A DNA stretch of 63,816 nt, filler included, from Dicyema japonicum (Eukaryota; Animalia; Dicyemida): the NCBI GenBank assembly GCA_011109175.1. It is 5 parts of 5 records of this genome, joined end to end, with 100 filler letters (N's around TTAATTAATTAA, not from the genome) between each part and the next. Parts side by side here need not be neighbours in the genome. Positions count along the whole stretch, not along the records: positions 1 to 26,446 come from RDEW01000042.1; 4 more parts are not named here. One strand, given 5' to 3'. Made by a program: the position numbers and the translations under genes. Below are positions 1 through 13,769 of the stretch, piece by piece. The notes below the pieces were generated by a model. It was not told where the DNA came from, did not search any database, and saw only the letters and a list, made by a program, of their open reading frames with translations. Every line of letters starts with the position of its first letter. The stretch's first letter is position 1.

Positions 1-819
1 TTAACTCAATAAATAGTTTTTTGTTTGTAACTGTAATTGGTATTTTGTTTAGCTAATGTAAATTTTATGAACTTAATTATTTTATAAAATATTATGCTCA
101 AAAAAGTAAGTGATTCAACAAATATATTCGATTAAATCAATTTATTAGAAAAGTTATATTTACGAAATCGCAACTTATTCATATGGTCCTATAACACCAT
201 AAGTGTAGATTAAATCAACACTTATATTATAAAAAATATTACATAACCACTGGAAATCATACTAAGATGCCTATTCCGAGATTTTGCTGATTTTATGTTA
301 GGTATGCTCCATAGAACAATAAGAATCTCAGAAGGTTAAAATCTCTTGACCATTCCAGCTACTTCATTTGGCCATAACAAACAGGGCTCGATGATTATCG
401 ACATACAAATTTATCAGAAAAACCATGAACTATGATTTTCCGATCTGGTGTTCTTCTTATCAATAACAAACGTTGGAAAAATGTAAAAGATTCAAAACTC
501 TACTTTAAAATATTATCTTATTTGGGTGACAAACGTCTCTATTGCATTATATCTTTTTCGTTTTCCTTACCTATTTCTCCGTTCATTGTTGGAACTTTTT
601 ATTGCAGAGGACTTAAACAACCTTACAAGAAGCATCAACTGTCATGCATCTAACAAAATACAACATCTCTTTATGCTGTCTAAATGAGCCAAAAGCGACT
701 GTACAATGTACATAACTGTTTCGCAAATTCCGCCTTTTTACACACTCATAGGCCTGCCGATATTGTAGTCTCAGATTTGCGATCTATCAGGACCAGTTAA
801 ATGTCTTATAAGAATGTGG

Positions 820-1560
820 GCAGTATCTTACCGTGTCCCGAGCTGCAAATCAAATGCGGAAATAAAATCAACTCAGTGTATTATAAATGTATATGCCCTA
901 CCGGAGCACGAGTCTTAACAAATCTCGATAAGATGGATGCATTTTACTCAACTCATCTTCTTACTTTCTTATTGTAGCCGGGGACTGGAACGCCAGGCCT
1001 GCAAAAGCCAAACTAGGAGAAACGTGCATTGGAGCACACGGAAGAAATTGTCATATCCTTCATGGAGAGTCACTGATACAATTTTGCAATGCTTTCAACT
1101 TACTGTTATACAACACTTGTCTAAGCATTCACATGAAACAAGACCACTTTTGGGTTAACACATAAAATAAAAATCTGGCAACACAAATCTAACATACAAC
1201 AAATGATTTGGATACTTGAATTTGCATGGACCTTGTAATTTAGACGTAACACGTGGCCAAAGAGTCTCCATCTTGATTTAATTACCGATTTGAGCTGAGC
1301 TCTGTAGAAAAGCAACGACTATTTCTTCCCATAAATTATTTTCTGTTTGATTTCGTTAATAGAGTTTATGATGCTCCTATGAATTGTACCATATCGAAGA
1401 TAAGATATTTTTCGTACGTAGCCTCAAAATGTCGTATCTTATGAGGCGATAGCTATATGTCTCCACTTTATTCCATGAATTCTGTCTATTATTAGCTAGC
1501 AAGAACAAGTTTGTTATCGATGCTAGTTTCAAGTCAGACATATACCGCGAAATTTGCATG
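820..1560. mobile_element. Decayed RTE-type LINE fragments in both orientations (repeated at ~4620-5380)
   Basis: Plus strand: endonuclease residues FLIVAGDWNA..GAHGRN..QFCNAFNL. Minus strand: C-terminal RWRLFGHVLRL. Both match the RTE at 30132-33050. Confidence 0.85.
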
Positions 1561-2477
1561 AGGACCTCGGAGCGGTTCTAATGAGATCAGAAATCAGGAA
1601 CGTCAAATAACACAACAATAACTCAGTTATTACAGCTTGTGTCGGACTTTTTATTTATCAGTTAAGACATCAAAACGATATTGTTATTTCCTTATATGTT
1701 CCAGCAAAAACATATTGACAAAATATCTACTTTCATTGACCAAAATGAAAAAAAATTATTCAATAACGGTTTAACTAGTAATAATATTCAATTTAAATGA
1801 AATCAACGTTGTTTCTAAATAACGGTGTTGTTCTTGGAATTAACCATTATAAAATACTAGGAGTTAGGTTTGATATTTCATCATTATTTTTAAAACATGT
1901 ATAAATGCGAAAAATCTCAGAAACTTAATTTTCTCCAGGTCATTTCATGTACGTCATTTGGTCATAACAAAGAAAGCTTGAAAATTATCTACAGGTAATT
2001 TATCACAACAACTATGAAATAAGCTGTGTTGCCTTGTGTCTTTCTTATCAATAACCAACGTAGAAAAATACAATAGATTCAAAACTCTACTATTGAATAA
2101 TTGCATTCTTTGTTGTTATGAAAATTCCTCGAATCGAATGTGTGAGAGCAATTCTTTTTTTTTCTTTCCATTCTGACATTGGACGAAAACTAGACAGCTG
2201 AATCACATGAAGCAACTATAGTAGAAAAAGGAAGAGGACAAAAATACGAAAGAAACCGAAATTCTAAATAAAATACGCATATGTCAGAACAATAACGTTC
2301 GCTTGACCAGGCATAGAATAATACATAAGGTTAATAAAAAAGTAAATCATTTTTAAGAAACATAAAATTATTCTATGGTAGTTAACATTAATTTAAAAAT
2401 TATAATATTTATAATAAAAATTATTTAATGCTGAAATAAAATAAATCAATTAAAGCGTAAAGTCTGTTGTTGTTATC

Positions 2478-3016
2478 ATGCCATTTAAATCTAAAAAGAG
2501 TTCTAAAGAAGATGAATTCGAGGTCGAGGATATAATTGATTCAAAAATTAGTAAAAACGGAGAGAAGAGATATCTTGTTAAATGGGTCGGCTATTCAAGG
2601 TAGTTTATTTAACATACATTTATCAAAGCAAAGAAAACACATGGGAACCACTCTGTAATTTGAACTGTATCCGCCTGGTTACTAAATTTGAAGAAAAAAA
2701 GAATATTTCACGATCTAAAACTAAAGACAATTTGCATACTAAGTTTCAAAATAATAATTTTCTAGTCATAATACGAATAAATCGATGAATTACAAAAAGA
2801 AGGATACTATACTTAAAAAACGCAATAAAACTGATATTTCTTCAATTTTATCTTTTGATAAAACAGATGGAATGCTTTATTTTAACATTAAATTGTAATT
2901 TTTAAAAAATAAATTAAAGACAAAATTCAAGAAATGCAGAGAAGTTTACGCTTGATTTCGTGAGAGAAAAATGGCCCCAAGAGTTAATTGATTATCTACT
3001 TTCCAAAGTAGATTGA
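2478..3016 (+). CDS. HP1/chromobox-like protein, 153 aa, 4 exons (2478-2599, 2629-2742, 2766-2894, 2920-3016)
   Basis: Removing three GT-AG introns (29, 23, 25 nt) gives an open 462-nt frame. It encodes a chromodomain [42 protein letters not shown], a basic hinge, and a chromoshadow-like C-terminus ILSFDKTDGMLYFNIKL..VREKWPQELIDYLLSKVD. Confidence 0.92.
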
Positions 3017-6000
3017 TCTATTTAAGTCGGTTGTTATTACTTTTTTAATTTGTTGTGATTTTTTATTCAATTATTTCGTTAATCCATATTTGAAGCCCAA
3101 AAAAGTCCTAACATTGGAAATTTACTAACAATTTTTCCAATTTTCATGTGATCTTATTGCCTTCTTGAATTCTCTGAAATGAGAGTTTGTTTGTGAAATC
3201 GTTAGTATTTGCTTGCTTTCCTACATCAAATAAAAAACAAAGCGTTTTCTGAGAAAGGCATAATATTTATAACTTCACAAATAAAGAACACACACATTAT
3301 TAGAGTAAAAACAGTTATAAGCGAATGTTCTTAACTTCTTACTTTTATTAAACCTATATTTAGCATTTGATTCACCGTAGAAAATATGATTGCAAGTGAC
3401 ATATTAATTGATTACGCTGTCACTCGTTAAACCCACAATATCGTAAATATGTGAAACCTTCAACAAGAATGCACAACATCGAGATTCAATTTTTAAATCC
3501 AATGATTTGTTTATTGTCTTTCAAAAAAGCTACGAATCTTGTATTTTTTGAGGTTCGTTATTGATAAACATGGACCCCGAGCAGGAATAGTGTTGGTGAT
3601 TGTCGTTGTGATAAATTTTCTATAGATTGTGTAAAGCATTTTTTCTTTTTAAGTAATCCTGATTGTATGTAGTTGATAATGAGAATCAGTTTGCATGACC
3701 GTCATAAAAGCAAGGAAAGTAAGTTACAACTTTATAAAGATAGGAAAATATTGTATTTAAAAATCTTCAAGTCATAAGCTTCCTGTTGGTTGGGCGAAAA
3801 CTGTTTTAATTCAAATAGTTTAAATTTAACTCATTAAATAGTTTTTTGTTTGTAACTGTAATTAATTTTTTGTTTAGCTAATGTAAATTTTATGAACTTT
3901 ATTATTTTATAAAGTAATATGCTCAAAAAAGTAAGTGATTAAACAAATATATTCCATTAATTCAACTTATTAGTAATTATATTTACGAAATCGCAACTTA
4001 TTCATCTGGTCCTGTAAGACCATAAGTGTATATTGAATCAACACTTATATTATAAAAAATATTACATAACCACTGGGAATCAAACTAAGATGCCTATTCC
4101 GAGATTTTGCTGATTTTATGTTATGTATGCTCAATAGAACAATAAGAATCTCAGAAGCTTAAAATCTCTTGACGATTCCAGCTACTTCATTCCATAACAA
4201 ACAGGGCTCGATGATTATCGACATACAATTTATCAGAAAAACCATGAACTATGATTTTCCGGTCTGGTGATCTTCTTATCAATAACAAACGTTGGAAAAA
4301 TGTAAAAGATTCAAAACTCTACTCTAAAATAATTATCTTATTTGGGTGACAAACGTCTCTATTGCATTATATCTTTTTCGTTTTCCTTACCTATTTCTCC
4401 GTTCATTGTTGGAACTTTTTATTGCAGAGGACTTAAACAACCTTACAAGAAGCATCAACTGTCATGCATCTAACAAAATACAACATCTCTTTATGCTGTC
4501 TAAATGAGCCAAAAGCGACTGTACAATGTACATAACTGTTTCGCAAATTCCGCCTTTTTACACACTCATAGGCCTGCCGATATTGTAGTCTCAGATTTGC
4601 GATCTATCAGGACCAGTTAAATGTCTTATAAGAATGTGGGCAGTATCTTACCGTGTCCCGTGCTGCAAATCAAATGCGGAAATAAAATCAACTCAGTGTA
4701 TTATAAATGTATATGCCCTACCGGAGCACGAGTCTTAACAAATCTCGATAAGATGGATGCATTTTACTCAACTCACATCTTCTTACTTTCTTATTGTAGC
4801 CGGGGACTGGAACGCCAGGCCTGCAAAAGCCAAACTAGGGGAAACGTGCATTGGAGCACACGGAAGAAATTGTCATATCCTTCATGGAGAGTCACTGATA
4901 CAATTTTGCAATGCTTTCAACTTACTGTTATACAACACTTGTCTAAGCACTCACATGAAACAAGACCACTTGGGTTAACACCATAAAATAAAAATCTGGC
5001 AACACAAATCTAACATACAACAAAGATTTGGATACTTGAATTTGCATGGACCTAGTAATTTAGACGTAACACGTGGCCAAAGAGTCTCCATCTTGATTTA
5101 ATTACCGATTTGAGCTGAGCTCTGTAGAAAAAGCAACGACTATTTCTTCCCATAAATTATTTTCTGTTTGATTTCGTTAATAGAGTTTATGATGCTCCTA
5201 TGAATTGTACCATATCGAAGATAAGATATTTTTCGTACGTAGCCTCAAAATGTCGTATCTTATGAGGCGATAGCTATATGTCTCCACTTTATTCCATGAA
5301 TTCTGTCTATTATTAGCTAGCAAGAACAAGTTTGTTATCGATGCTAGTTTCAAGTCAGACATATACCGCGAAATTTGCATGAGGACCTCGGAGCGGTTCT
5401 AATGAGATCAGAAATCAGGAACGTCAAATAACACAACAATAACTCAGTTATTACAGCTTGTGTCGGACTTTTTATTTATCAGTTAAGACATCAAAACGAT
5501 ATTGTTATTTCCTTATATGTTCCAGCAAAAACATATTGACAAAATATCTACTTTCATTGACCAAAATGAAAAAAAATTATTCAATAACGGTTTAACTAGT
5601 AATAATATTCAATTTAAATGAAATCAACGTTGTTTCTAAATAACGGTGTTGTTCTTGGAATTAACCATTATAAAATACTAGGAGTTAGGTTTGATATTTC
5701 ATCATTATTTTTAAAACATGTATAAATGCGAAAAATCTCAGAAACTTAATTTTCTCCAGGTCATTTCATGTACGTCATTTGGTCATAACAAAGAAAGCTT
5801 GAAAATTATCTACAGGTAATTTATCACAACAACTATGAAATAAGCTGTGTTGCCTTGTGTCTTTCTTATCAATAACCAACGTAGAAAAATACAATAGATT
5901 CAAAACTCTACTATTGAATAATTGCATTCTTTGTTGTTATGAAAATTCCTCGAATCGAATGTGTGAGAGCAATTCTTTTTTTTTCTTTCCATTCTGACAT

Positions 6001-6298
6001 TGGACGAAAACTAGACAGCTGAATCACATGAAGCAACTATAGTAGAAAAAGGAAGAGGACAAAAATACGAAAGAAACCGAAATTCTAAATAAAATACGCA
6101 TATGTCAGAACAATAACGTTCGCTTGACCAGGCATAGAATAATACATAAGGTTAATAAAAAAGTAAATCATTTTTAAGAAACATAAAATTATTCTATGGT
6201 AGTTAACATTAATTTAAAAATTATAATATTTATAATAAAAATAATTTAATGCTGAAATAAAATAAATCAATTAAAACGTAAAGTCTGTTGTTGTTATC

Positions 6299-6837
6299 AT
6301 GCCATTTAAATCTAAAAAGAGTTCTAAAGAAGTTGAATTCGAGGTCGAGGATATAATTGATTCAAAAATTAGTAAAAACGGAGAGAAGAGATATCTTGTC
6401 AAATGGGTCGGCTATTCAAGGTAGTTTATTTAACATACATTTATCAAAGCAAAGAAAACACATGGGAACCACTCTGTAATTTGAACTGTATCCGCCTGGT
6501 TACTAAATTTGAAGAAAAAAAGAATATTTCACGATCTAAAACTAAAGAAAATTTGCATATTAAGTTACAAAATAATAATTTTCTAGTCTTAATACGAATA
6601 AATCGATGAATTACAAAAAGAATGATACTATACATAAAAAACGCAATAAAACTGATATTTCTTCAATTTTATCTTTTGATAAAACAGATGGAATGCTTTA
6701 TTTTAACATTAAATTGTAATTTTTAAAAAATAAATTAAAGACAAAATTCAAGAAATGCAGAGAAGTTTACGCTTGATTTCGTGAGAGAAAAATGGCCCCA
6801 AGAGTTAATTGATTATCTTCTTTCCAAAGTAGATTGA
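6299..6837 (+). CDS. HP1/chromobox-like protein, second tandem copy
   Basis: Same exon-intron structure offset by 3821 bp. Frame and splice sites are intact, with a few substitutions. Confidence 0.92.
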
Positions 6838-8267
6838 TCTATTTAAGTCGGTTGTTATTACTTTTTTAATTTGTTGTGATTTTTTATTCAATTATTTCGT
6901 TAATCCATATTTGAAGCCCAAAAAAGTCCTAACATTGGAAATTTACTAACAATTTTTCCAATTTTCATGTTATCTTATTGCCTTCTTGAATTCTCTGAAA
7001 TGAGAGTTTGTTTGTGAAATCGTTAGTATTTGCTTTGCTTTCCTACATCAAATAAAAAACAAAGCGTTTTCTGAGAAAGACATAATATTTATAACTTCAC
7101 TCATCGAGAACACACATATTATTAGAGTAAAAACAGTTATTAGCGTATGTTCTTAACTTTTTACTTTTATTTAACCTATATTTATCATTTGATTCACCGT
7201 AGAAAATATAATTGCAAGTGACGTATTAATTGATTACGCTGTCACTCGTAAAACCCACTATATCGTAACTATGAGAAACCTTCAACAAGAATGCACAACA
7301 TCGAGATTCAACATTTAAATCCCATGATTTGTTTATTGTGTTCCAAAAAAGCTCGAATCTTGTATTTTTTGAGGATTCGTTATTGATAAACATGGACACC
7401 GTGCAGGAAAAGTGTTAATGATTGTCGTTGTGATAAATTTTCTATAGATTGTGTAAAGCATTTTTTCTTTTTAAGTAATCCTGATTGTATGTAGTTGATA
7501 ATGAGAATCAGTTTACCGTCATAAAAGCAAGGAAAGTAAGTTACAACTTTATAAAGATAGGAAAATATTGTATTTAAAAATCTTCATGTCAAAAGCTTCC
7601 TGTTGATAGGGCGAAAACTGTTTTAATTCAAATAGTATAAATTTAACTCATTAAATAGTTTTTTGTTTGTAACTGTAATTGGTATTTATGTTTAGCTAAT
7701 GTAAATTTTATGAACTTGATTATTTTATAAAGTAATTTGCTCAAAAATTAAGTGATTCAACAAATATATTCGATTAAATCAATTTATTAGTAAAGTTATA
7801 TTTACGAAATCGCAACTTATTCATATGGTCCTGTAAGAACATATTGACAATATATCTTTTTGAATATACAAAAATTCCAAGGTTTCACGTTATTACAACA
7901 AAGTATCTAATCTCACTCCGATTTTTAAGGTGTAAATTCCAACTGTTGTTGTTACTCATCGTCTTTACTTTAAAATGGAATCAATGTTTTTTTCTCAAAA
8001 ATAACGATCTACTTTTTGGAATTAACCATTCTAAACTCCTGAGAATGATATCTGATACATCAGTGTAATTTTCGTAACATGTATGAATGCGAAGAATCTC
8101 AGAAGATTAAAATCTCTTGACCATTCCAGCTACTTCATTTGGCCGAACAAACAGAGATCGCTTATTATCGATTTACAATTTATCAGAAATACATAGACTT
8201 TGATTTTCCGAGGAACGTCTCTATTGCATTATATCTTTTTCTTTTTCGTTGTTTATTTCTCCGTTCC

Positions 8268-9880
8268 TTACCTATATCGAGACGATCTCCTTTCGTTAAA
8301 ATTTGAAGAGACGTGGGATTTTTCCCCAGATATAAGTGTATTTGAGGTTTCTAGTCTTGAATAGAAGAAACGACTTGTTTCGTAACCAAACAGAGCGATG
8401 AAACTAGAGCGTTTATTTGAGATTGGTTGGAAATGATCGGCAGGTAGATTCGTTAGACATAGCAATTTGGCTGTTAGGGAATTGATCTTGTACAAATTGG
8501 ATATTGAAAACACATAGGCACATGAGACATAATAATACTCAACCTATGGTATTTAAAGTTGATTGTAAAAAACGACATCGCATTCCTGTGATAGCTTGGA
8601 ATTTAAGAACGTTCTATATACAGTTCCTGAGACACTTTGTCAAAACGTTTTTCACAAAATCTCAAATAAGGGTCAAATGTATTCCCAGAATAGTTGGATG
8701 AATCTGTAAAGATAAAAAGTCTTTAAAATGCTCAAATCCAGTGTATATTATTCTTTTCTCTCTGTGGTGAAGATTGTATACGTTGATTATCAATGTATTT
8801 TAGAGACGATTCAAATTCGATCAGACTCCCAGGTCATTAATATGTGGCTTAAGCTCTGACTTTGCAATATCCTTGTATTTGCTTTTGCTAGCTATAATTT
8901 AGTAGTCACCAGATGTAAGAAGCATTAAATCTTGTACTCAAGGGCAGGGTGAATCGTTTAGGAATAAATTGAATAGTTCTCGGAGAGAGGAGCGATCCTT
9001 GAGGACGTCAATTAATAGCTTTCAAAGCCTACTGAATAGAGATGTCAAATTCCTTATACGTGAATATTGTTTTCATGACAGATCGAATGCCTCCGAAAGG
9101 AAGTAAAGGATATGTCGGGGAGGAAAGGTTGTCATTTCTTAAGACTGATGTCCTTGTGAAATGTTCGGGTGATTCAGAATTACCATTTTTTCGCAAGACT
9201 CTATAATTAGACTACTCTCTTGTTAGCCGATCGAATACTGATCCATTGCGGATGTTTGGAATTGAAATCTTCACATAACACATTTCGAAAATCTTCTAGT
9301 CTGTCGAGCTTCGGAACATAGTTATTAGGACATCATCGGGAGGTGGAATGTAATTGTTAATTAGAATAAGATGTTCTGACCCATTAATAAAATCAATATA
9401 AATTTGTTCCGCAGTCTTGTCGTGTACAATTAAATCATACACTTGCGAGCTTACATCGTGGAAGGATAAACCGTTTTTTAATAATGATAAGTAAGCCGTC
9501 ACACGTCCAATACGGTCTATTCTGTTAGAGATGTATCCAGGAAAAAGTGTGGTTGTACTCTTTGTCGAAAACCTCGACTCCTGGATATGTCAAATGTCAA
9601 TTTTGTGCTTTTATGATAGACATCGTAACTCCAGAATCTTTGTTTTTATACCGTTAGCATTGAGGTGTATAATAACAAGGGGTTTTGGTCAGGGTTTTGT
9701 TCAATATCTCCAGAAAGCAATAGAATCCAAGGGAATAAACAACATCTCGAGTTTCCAGTTGAGGTATACCATCAGGCATACGAGGAGTCAAGATAGTAAA
9801 GAAAAAATTGTTCTTTTTGTTGTTATTCGACACTGACCGCAACCATAAAAGGTGAACTACATGACGCAACGCTAACATAC
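8268..9880 (-). mobile_element. Decayed I/Jockey-like LINE (endonuclease start to C-terminus, with internal deletions)
   Basis: Minus-strand remnants of the AP endonuclease (..HIQESRF.., INNYIPP), an RT core and a C-terminal segment homologous to 11663-11914 and 51582-52250. Confidence 0.75.
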
Positions 9881-9904
9881 AAAATCTCTACAATTCAAAC
9901 TTTT

Positions 9905-10740
9905 TTTTGATTATAGCTCGGTAGGGAACAAGATCTCGATCTTGCGTGGCCTATACAGACACGTCCTCCTCTTCCGCTGAGGAAATTGGCTATTTAACTT
10001 TTCAAAACCGACTGAATGGTGGTGACAAATACCTTCTTCGTAAGTAATGTTCTCGAGACAGAATCGAACGCCTTCTGGATATCCAGGGAAACCACTATTG
10101 TCCGTCGATGGCGTTTCGGTACGTTAAACCCTTCTGATAAAAATTGAGACAGTGAAGTCAAATGTGTAGTAGTTGAACGCTCACATTAGAAACCATGTTG
10201 ATAGTGAGAGTCGGGAAAATAGGGTTAAATTTTCAAGAGTACGAGTTTCTCCATTAGGCGCGATAATGCACACGTTAATGATATTGGATGGTAGGAAGAA
10301 GGTTAAGATTTCGGTTTTCCTGGTTTAAGGATTGGTATTATTAGTGAGTTTTTCCATTTGCATGGATAATGTTTATGTCAGAAGACAAATTAAAAATTGA
10401 CGTAATCGAATTGATTGCAACATTACAAAGGTGTTTTATCAAAATTTCAGGAATGCCTTCAGGACCACACGTATAAGATCTCTTCATAGATCTTATAGCT
10501 TGTGTCACCAGGGCATACGTAAATAAATCGATCCATGAAGTTGGTTTCGATATTAAATTCCGAAGATGACAAGAATGGGATTTCGAGAAGTTAAGTGACT
10601 TATGAATGCGTAATATTTCATTAGGTTGTTAGCTCGCACAGAATTTTGAGCAGAAAAAGATTTTGATTCATCTGATAAGTTTAGCTTGATTCGAAGAATA
10701 GTTTTCCATAAAAGACTCATGGATTTCATCCGTCGCCTAG
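9905..10740 (-). mobile_element. I/Jockey-like LINE fragment (linker + RT N-terminal half)
   Basis: Minus strand reads RRTIVVSLDIQKAFDSVSR and GRVCIGHARSRS, matching RTILVSIDINKAFDTVSR and GRVVSGDLRSRS in 50803-51603. Confidence 0.8.
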
Positions 10741-10779
10741 CACGCGATAGACGCAAGCATAGCATCGTCGTCATAAAAA

Positions 10780-12080
10780 CGAGAACGTCACTGACTGCCC
10801 TTATGAATAGCGGTATGAAAATTCACAGAAAACACGCACCTGTCATCAATTAAATCTTTCCTTTCGGAGACTCGTCCTCTCGTCAAACAAAGTAACTCCC
10901 TGAAGATGAATTATCTGCAAACCTCTACTGATTTGAAAAACATAAAATGCTTAAATCAGAGAATTACATAGCTCACAGACAAAAAAGATAGTGCGTAAAA
11001 GAGCCTATTGGACATATGAAATCCATGAGTCTTTATGGAAAACTATTCGTAGAATCAAGCTAAACTTATCAGATGAATCAATATCATTTACTGCTCCAAA
11101 TACTGTGCGAGCTAACAACCTAATGAAATATTATGCATTCATAAGTCACAAGGACTTCTCGAAATCCCATTCTTGTTATCTTCGGAATTTAATGCAAAAA
11201 CTAACTTCATGGATCAATTTATTTACTCATGACCTGGTCACACATGCTATAAGATCGATGAAGAGATTTTATATGTGCGGTCTCTGGAAAATTAAACCCC
11301 ATTCAATTTCATTAACAATTAAAATTCAGAGCTTCAATCACATATTGACGACCTGTAGCCTGGTTGAAGTTGAATCCTCTTTCTATATCCAGGGATTAAT
11401 CAACGTTTACAATCTTTACCAGGGAAAGAAAAAAATACACTGGATTTGAACATTTATGGAGACTTCTTACCACTACAGATTCGTCCAACTATCCTTGGAG
11501 TGACATTGATCCTTTGATGACATTTTCTCAACATGTGAAGAACGTTATGAAAAAGGTTCTCAGGAAACTGAATATAATGAAACCCCTTTTAAAGTCCAGG
11601 CCGTCCCGGGTATGCGATATCGTCATGTATAATCAACTTCTAAAACCAACGGTAGAGTATGCTTGTGCCTCATGGGCCTATGGAGCTTCAATTTCCAATC
11701 ATACAATATCAACTCCCTAACAGGCAAAATTGCACGTCTAACAAATATACCCTCTATCTTTCCCCCAATACTTGACCACACCGCAATCAAAAATAACGGC
11801 TCCGGCTTCATCGGTCTGTGTGGTCAAGAAACAAGTCGTTTCTTCCATTCAAGGCTAGAAGCCTTAAATACACGTATTTGGGGAAAAAACCCACCCCTCT
11901 TCAAACTCTATTGAAAAACGCTCGTCGTTTATACAGGAAAGCCGTGGGTACTTTGAGGAACATAGGAAAAACGTCTCGATCCTGTTGAGGCGTACCGGGA
12001 TCATTTAATTAGTTGGTTTACTCTTTCTTTCTCGGTGTTCCCTTTTTGGGGTTATTAAATAAAATAAATAAATAATAAAT
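10780..12080 (+). mobile_element. 5'-truncated, internally deleted I/Jockey-like LINE with (TAAA)n tail
   Basis: Encodes NLMKYYAFIS and YNQLLKPTVEYACASW. It ends in TTTCTCGGTGTTCCC..GGGGTTATTAAATAAAATAAATAAAT, like the element ending at 52316. Confidence 0.85.
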
Positions 12081-12212
12081 ATTGTGTGCCATTAATGTGG
12101 TGCATACCCATAAAAGGAAAAATGTTTTTTTAATAATATCTCTCATATGTTTTTCATTTCAAAAAATGTATTTTCTTGCGAGTCAATAAGCTCTAATTTT
12201 AGTTCTTGGCTA

Positions 12213-12520
12213 AATGGATATTAAGAATGCAAAGGTTTATTTTTAATTTTGTTTGATTTAGAAACTTTAGAACAAAATATATCTCAAGTGATCTTATTTC
12301 TTATAGTTTTTAGCATACATTAATTTCTTTGGCGACGTACATGGTTGTTTTCGCTGAACAAGATGAAAAATTAGCTAAGCACAAAATATCTTTATGTTTT
12401 TTCACTGTAGTTATTAGCTTAATTATGCGTCAAGAATATTAACTGAGAAAAAAATTTGAGAAATGCGAATTCCTCAAGAATTGAAAAAATGTGGTGATGA
12501 AAGAAAGTTCATTTTCCACA
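12213..12520 (+). pseudogene. Spliced gene remnant, possibly a CID (Pol II CTD-interacting) domain protein
   Basis: ATG plus 27-nt and 26-nt GT-AG introns give MDIKNAKETLEQNISQHTLISLATYMVVFAEQDEKLA; QELKKCGDERKFIF follows later. Resemblance to RPRD/Rtt103 CID helices is weak and the frame breaks down. Confidence 0.3.
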
Positions 12521-13769
12521 AGAAAACAAAGCATTCAACATTAAATACTTTCCTAACTGCTATTTTTTTCATAAAAATCAAGTTAAATTGCCTCTATTTT
12601 CCGAGTATCTGATTCACAACAAGCTAACTCGAAAGAAAAAAAAGCCGATTACTCAGGAACTGGTGACGCCAGAGGAAAGAGCATTCTTCTCTATCTGGCT
12701 TCTACATATCAAATATGATGAGTGTCAACGTTTTAACAAAATCGTGTTCGAGATCCTTAGATCAGCTAGACTTGATGGGCTCATTGTTTTTCGAGGCTGA
12801 TCATTAAGTTGATTTGGGACGGAATCGAGATGGTTGCATCTATCTCCTCTGTTTTGCCTCTTATTCTGAGCGCACCCGACTGATCTGAAGAAAAGATTCT
12901 TAACTCATTCATAAAAATACGAAAACGTTATTCAGTGACTCGAATCGAGTAAGAGCAAAGAAAGTCCCTTATAATTTCATTGGAAAGGCTTCCTTGATTG
13001 CTTAGATATAAAAATAATTTTATCCGATTTTTATAAGTTTTTTTATGTTTAGAGAAAATTTCAATTTGTTAAATTTAATGATTCCTAGCTTATTGCTTTC
13101 GCTCATTTTAAAGAGTTTATGTCTTGTGGAATCAAGTAAGATACCGAACATTCTACTAGTTTGCGATAATCAACAATTTGGTTAACCTCAAATATAGATA
13201 TTTAATGCATCACATTTGAGTGATTTAATTAATAAATAAAACATCGAAAAACCAATGAAATAAACAATTTTAATACCAACTTGCTCGCGCGACCAGTCAA
13301 TAAATGTCAAATTAACTTAATTAAAATTACAAATCATTCAATCAAATATCAATATTCACTGTTTTACACATACTTTTTAAAATAAATTATTTCAAAAAAC
13401 CAATGGTAACCATACTCTTTGATCCTGACTCGTTCCAGAACTTGTATTCAGGTAACGACATCGTCCCCCGTTGAAAAAATAGCTGGATCCTCTTGATACC
13501 GGCAAGGCATTGGGTGTTTTCCTAGTAAGATGGATCTATTTTCTATCTCTCATATGCCCATTGAAACATTCTTATTCTCACGAAATGTATAATTGATATT
13601 ATGAGACTAATTGAAACCTTAAGTTTGAATGAATATATAAAAATTAACCATAAAAACGATTTAAAATTTAATAACGCCTAAGTAATTATTAATTCTTTTT
13701 TTTGAAACTTTTTCGTTTCATGTATGAAAACAAAAAATGTAAATGTTCTTTCCTCACAAAAAATAGAGT

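Larger units (their letters stand above)
1..7840 (+). repeat. Tandem segmental duplication, unit ~3.82 kb (units start at <=1, 3826 and 7643; third unit only ~200 bp)
   Basis: TTAACTCA.TAAATAGTTTTTTGTTTGTAACTGTAATT recurs at 1, 3826 and 7643. Identical ORFs are offset by 3821 (1377/5198, 2582/6403). Each unit holds LINE fragments and one HP1-like gene. Confidence 0.97.

Noticed and set aside
2582-2788. 68-aa ORF as the real protein, or as an LTR-element chromodomain
   Set aside because: It is exon 2 plus intron read-through of the spliced HP1-like gene, and no integrase or LTR is attached.
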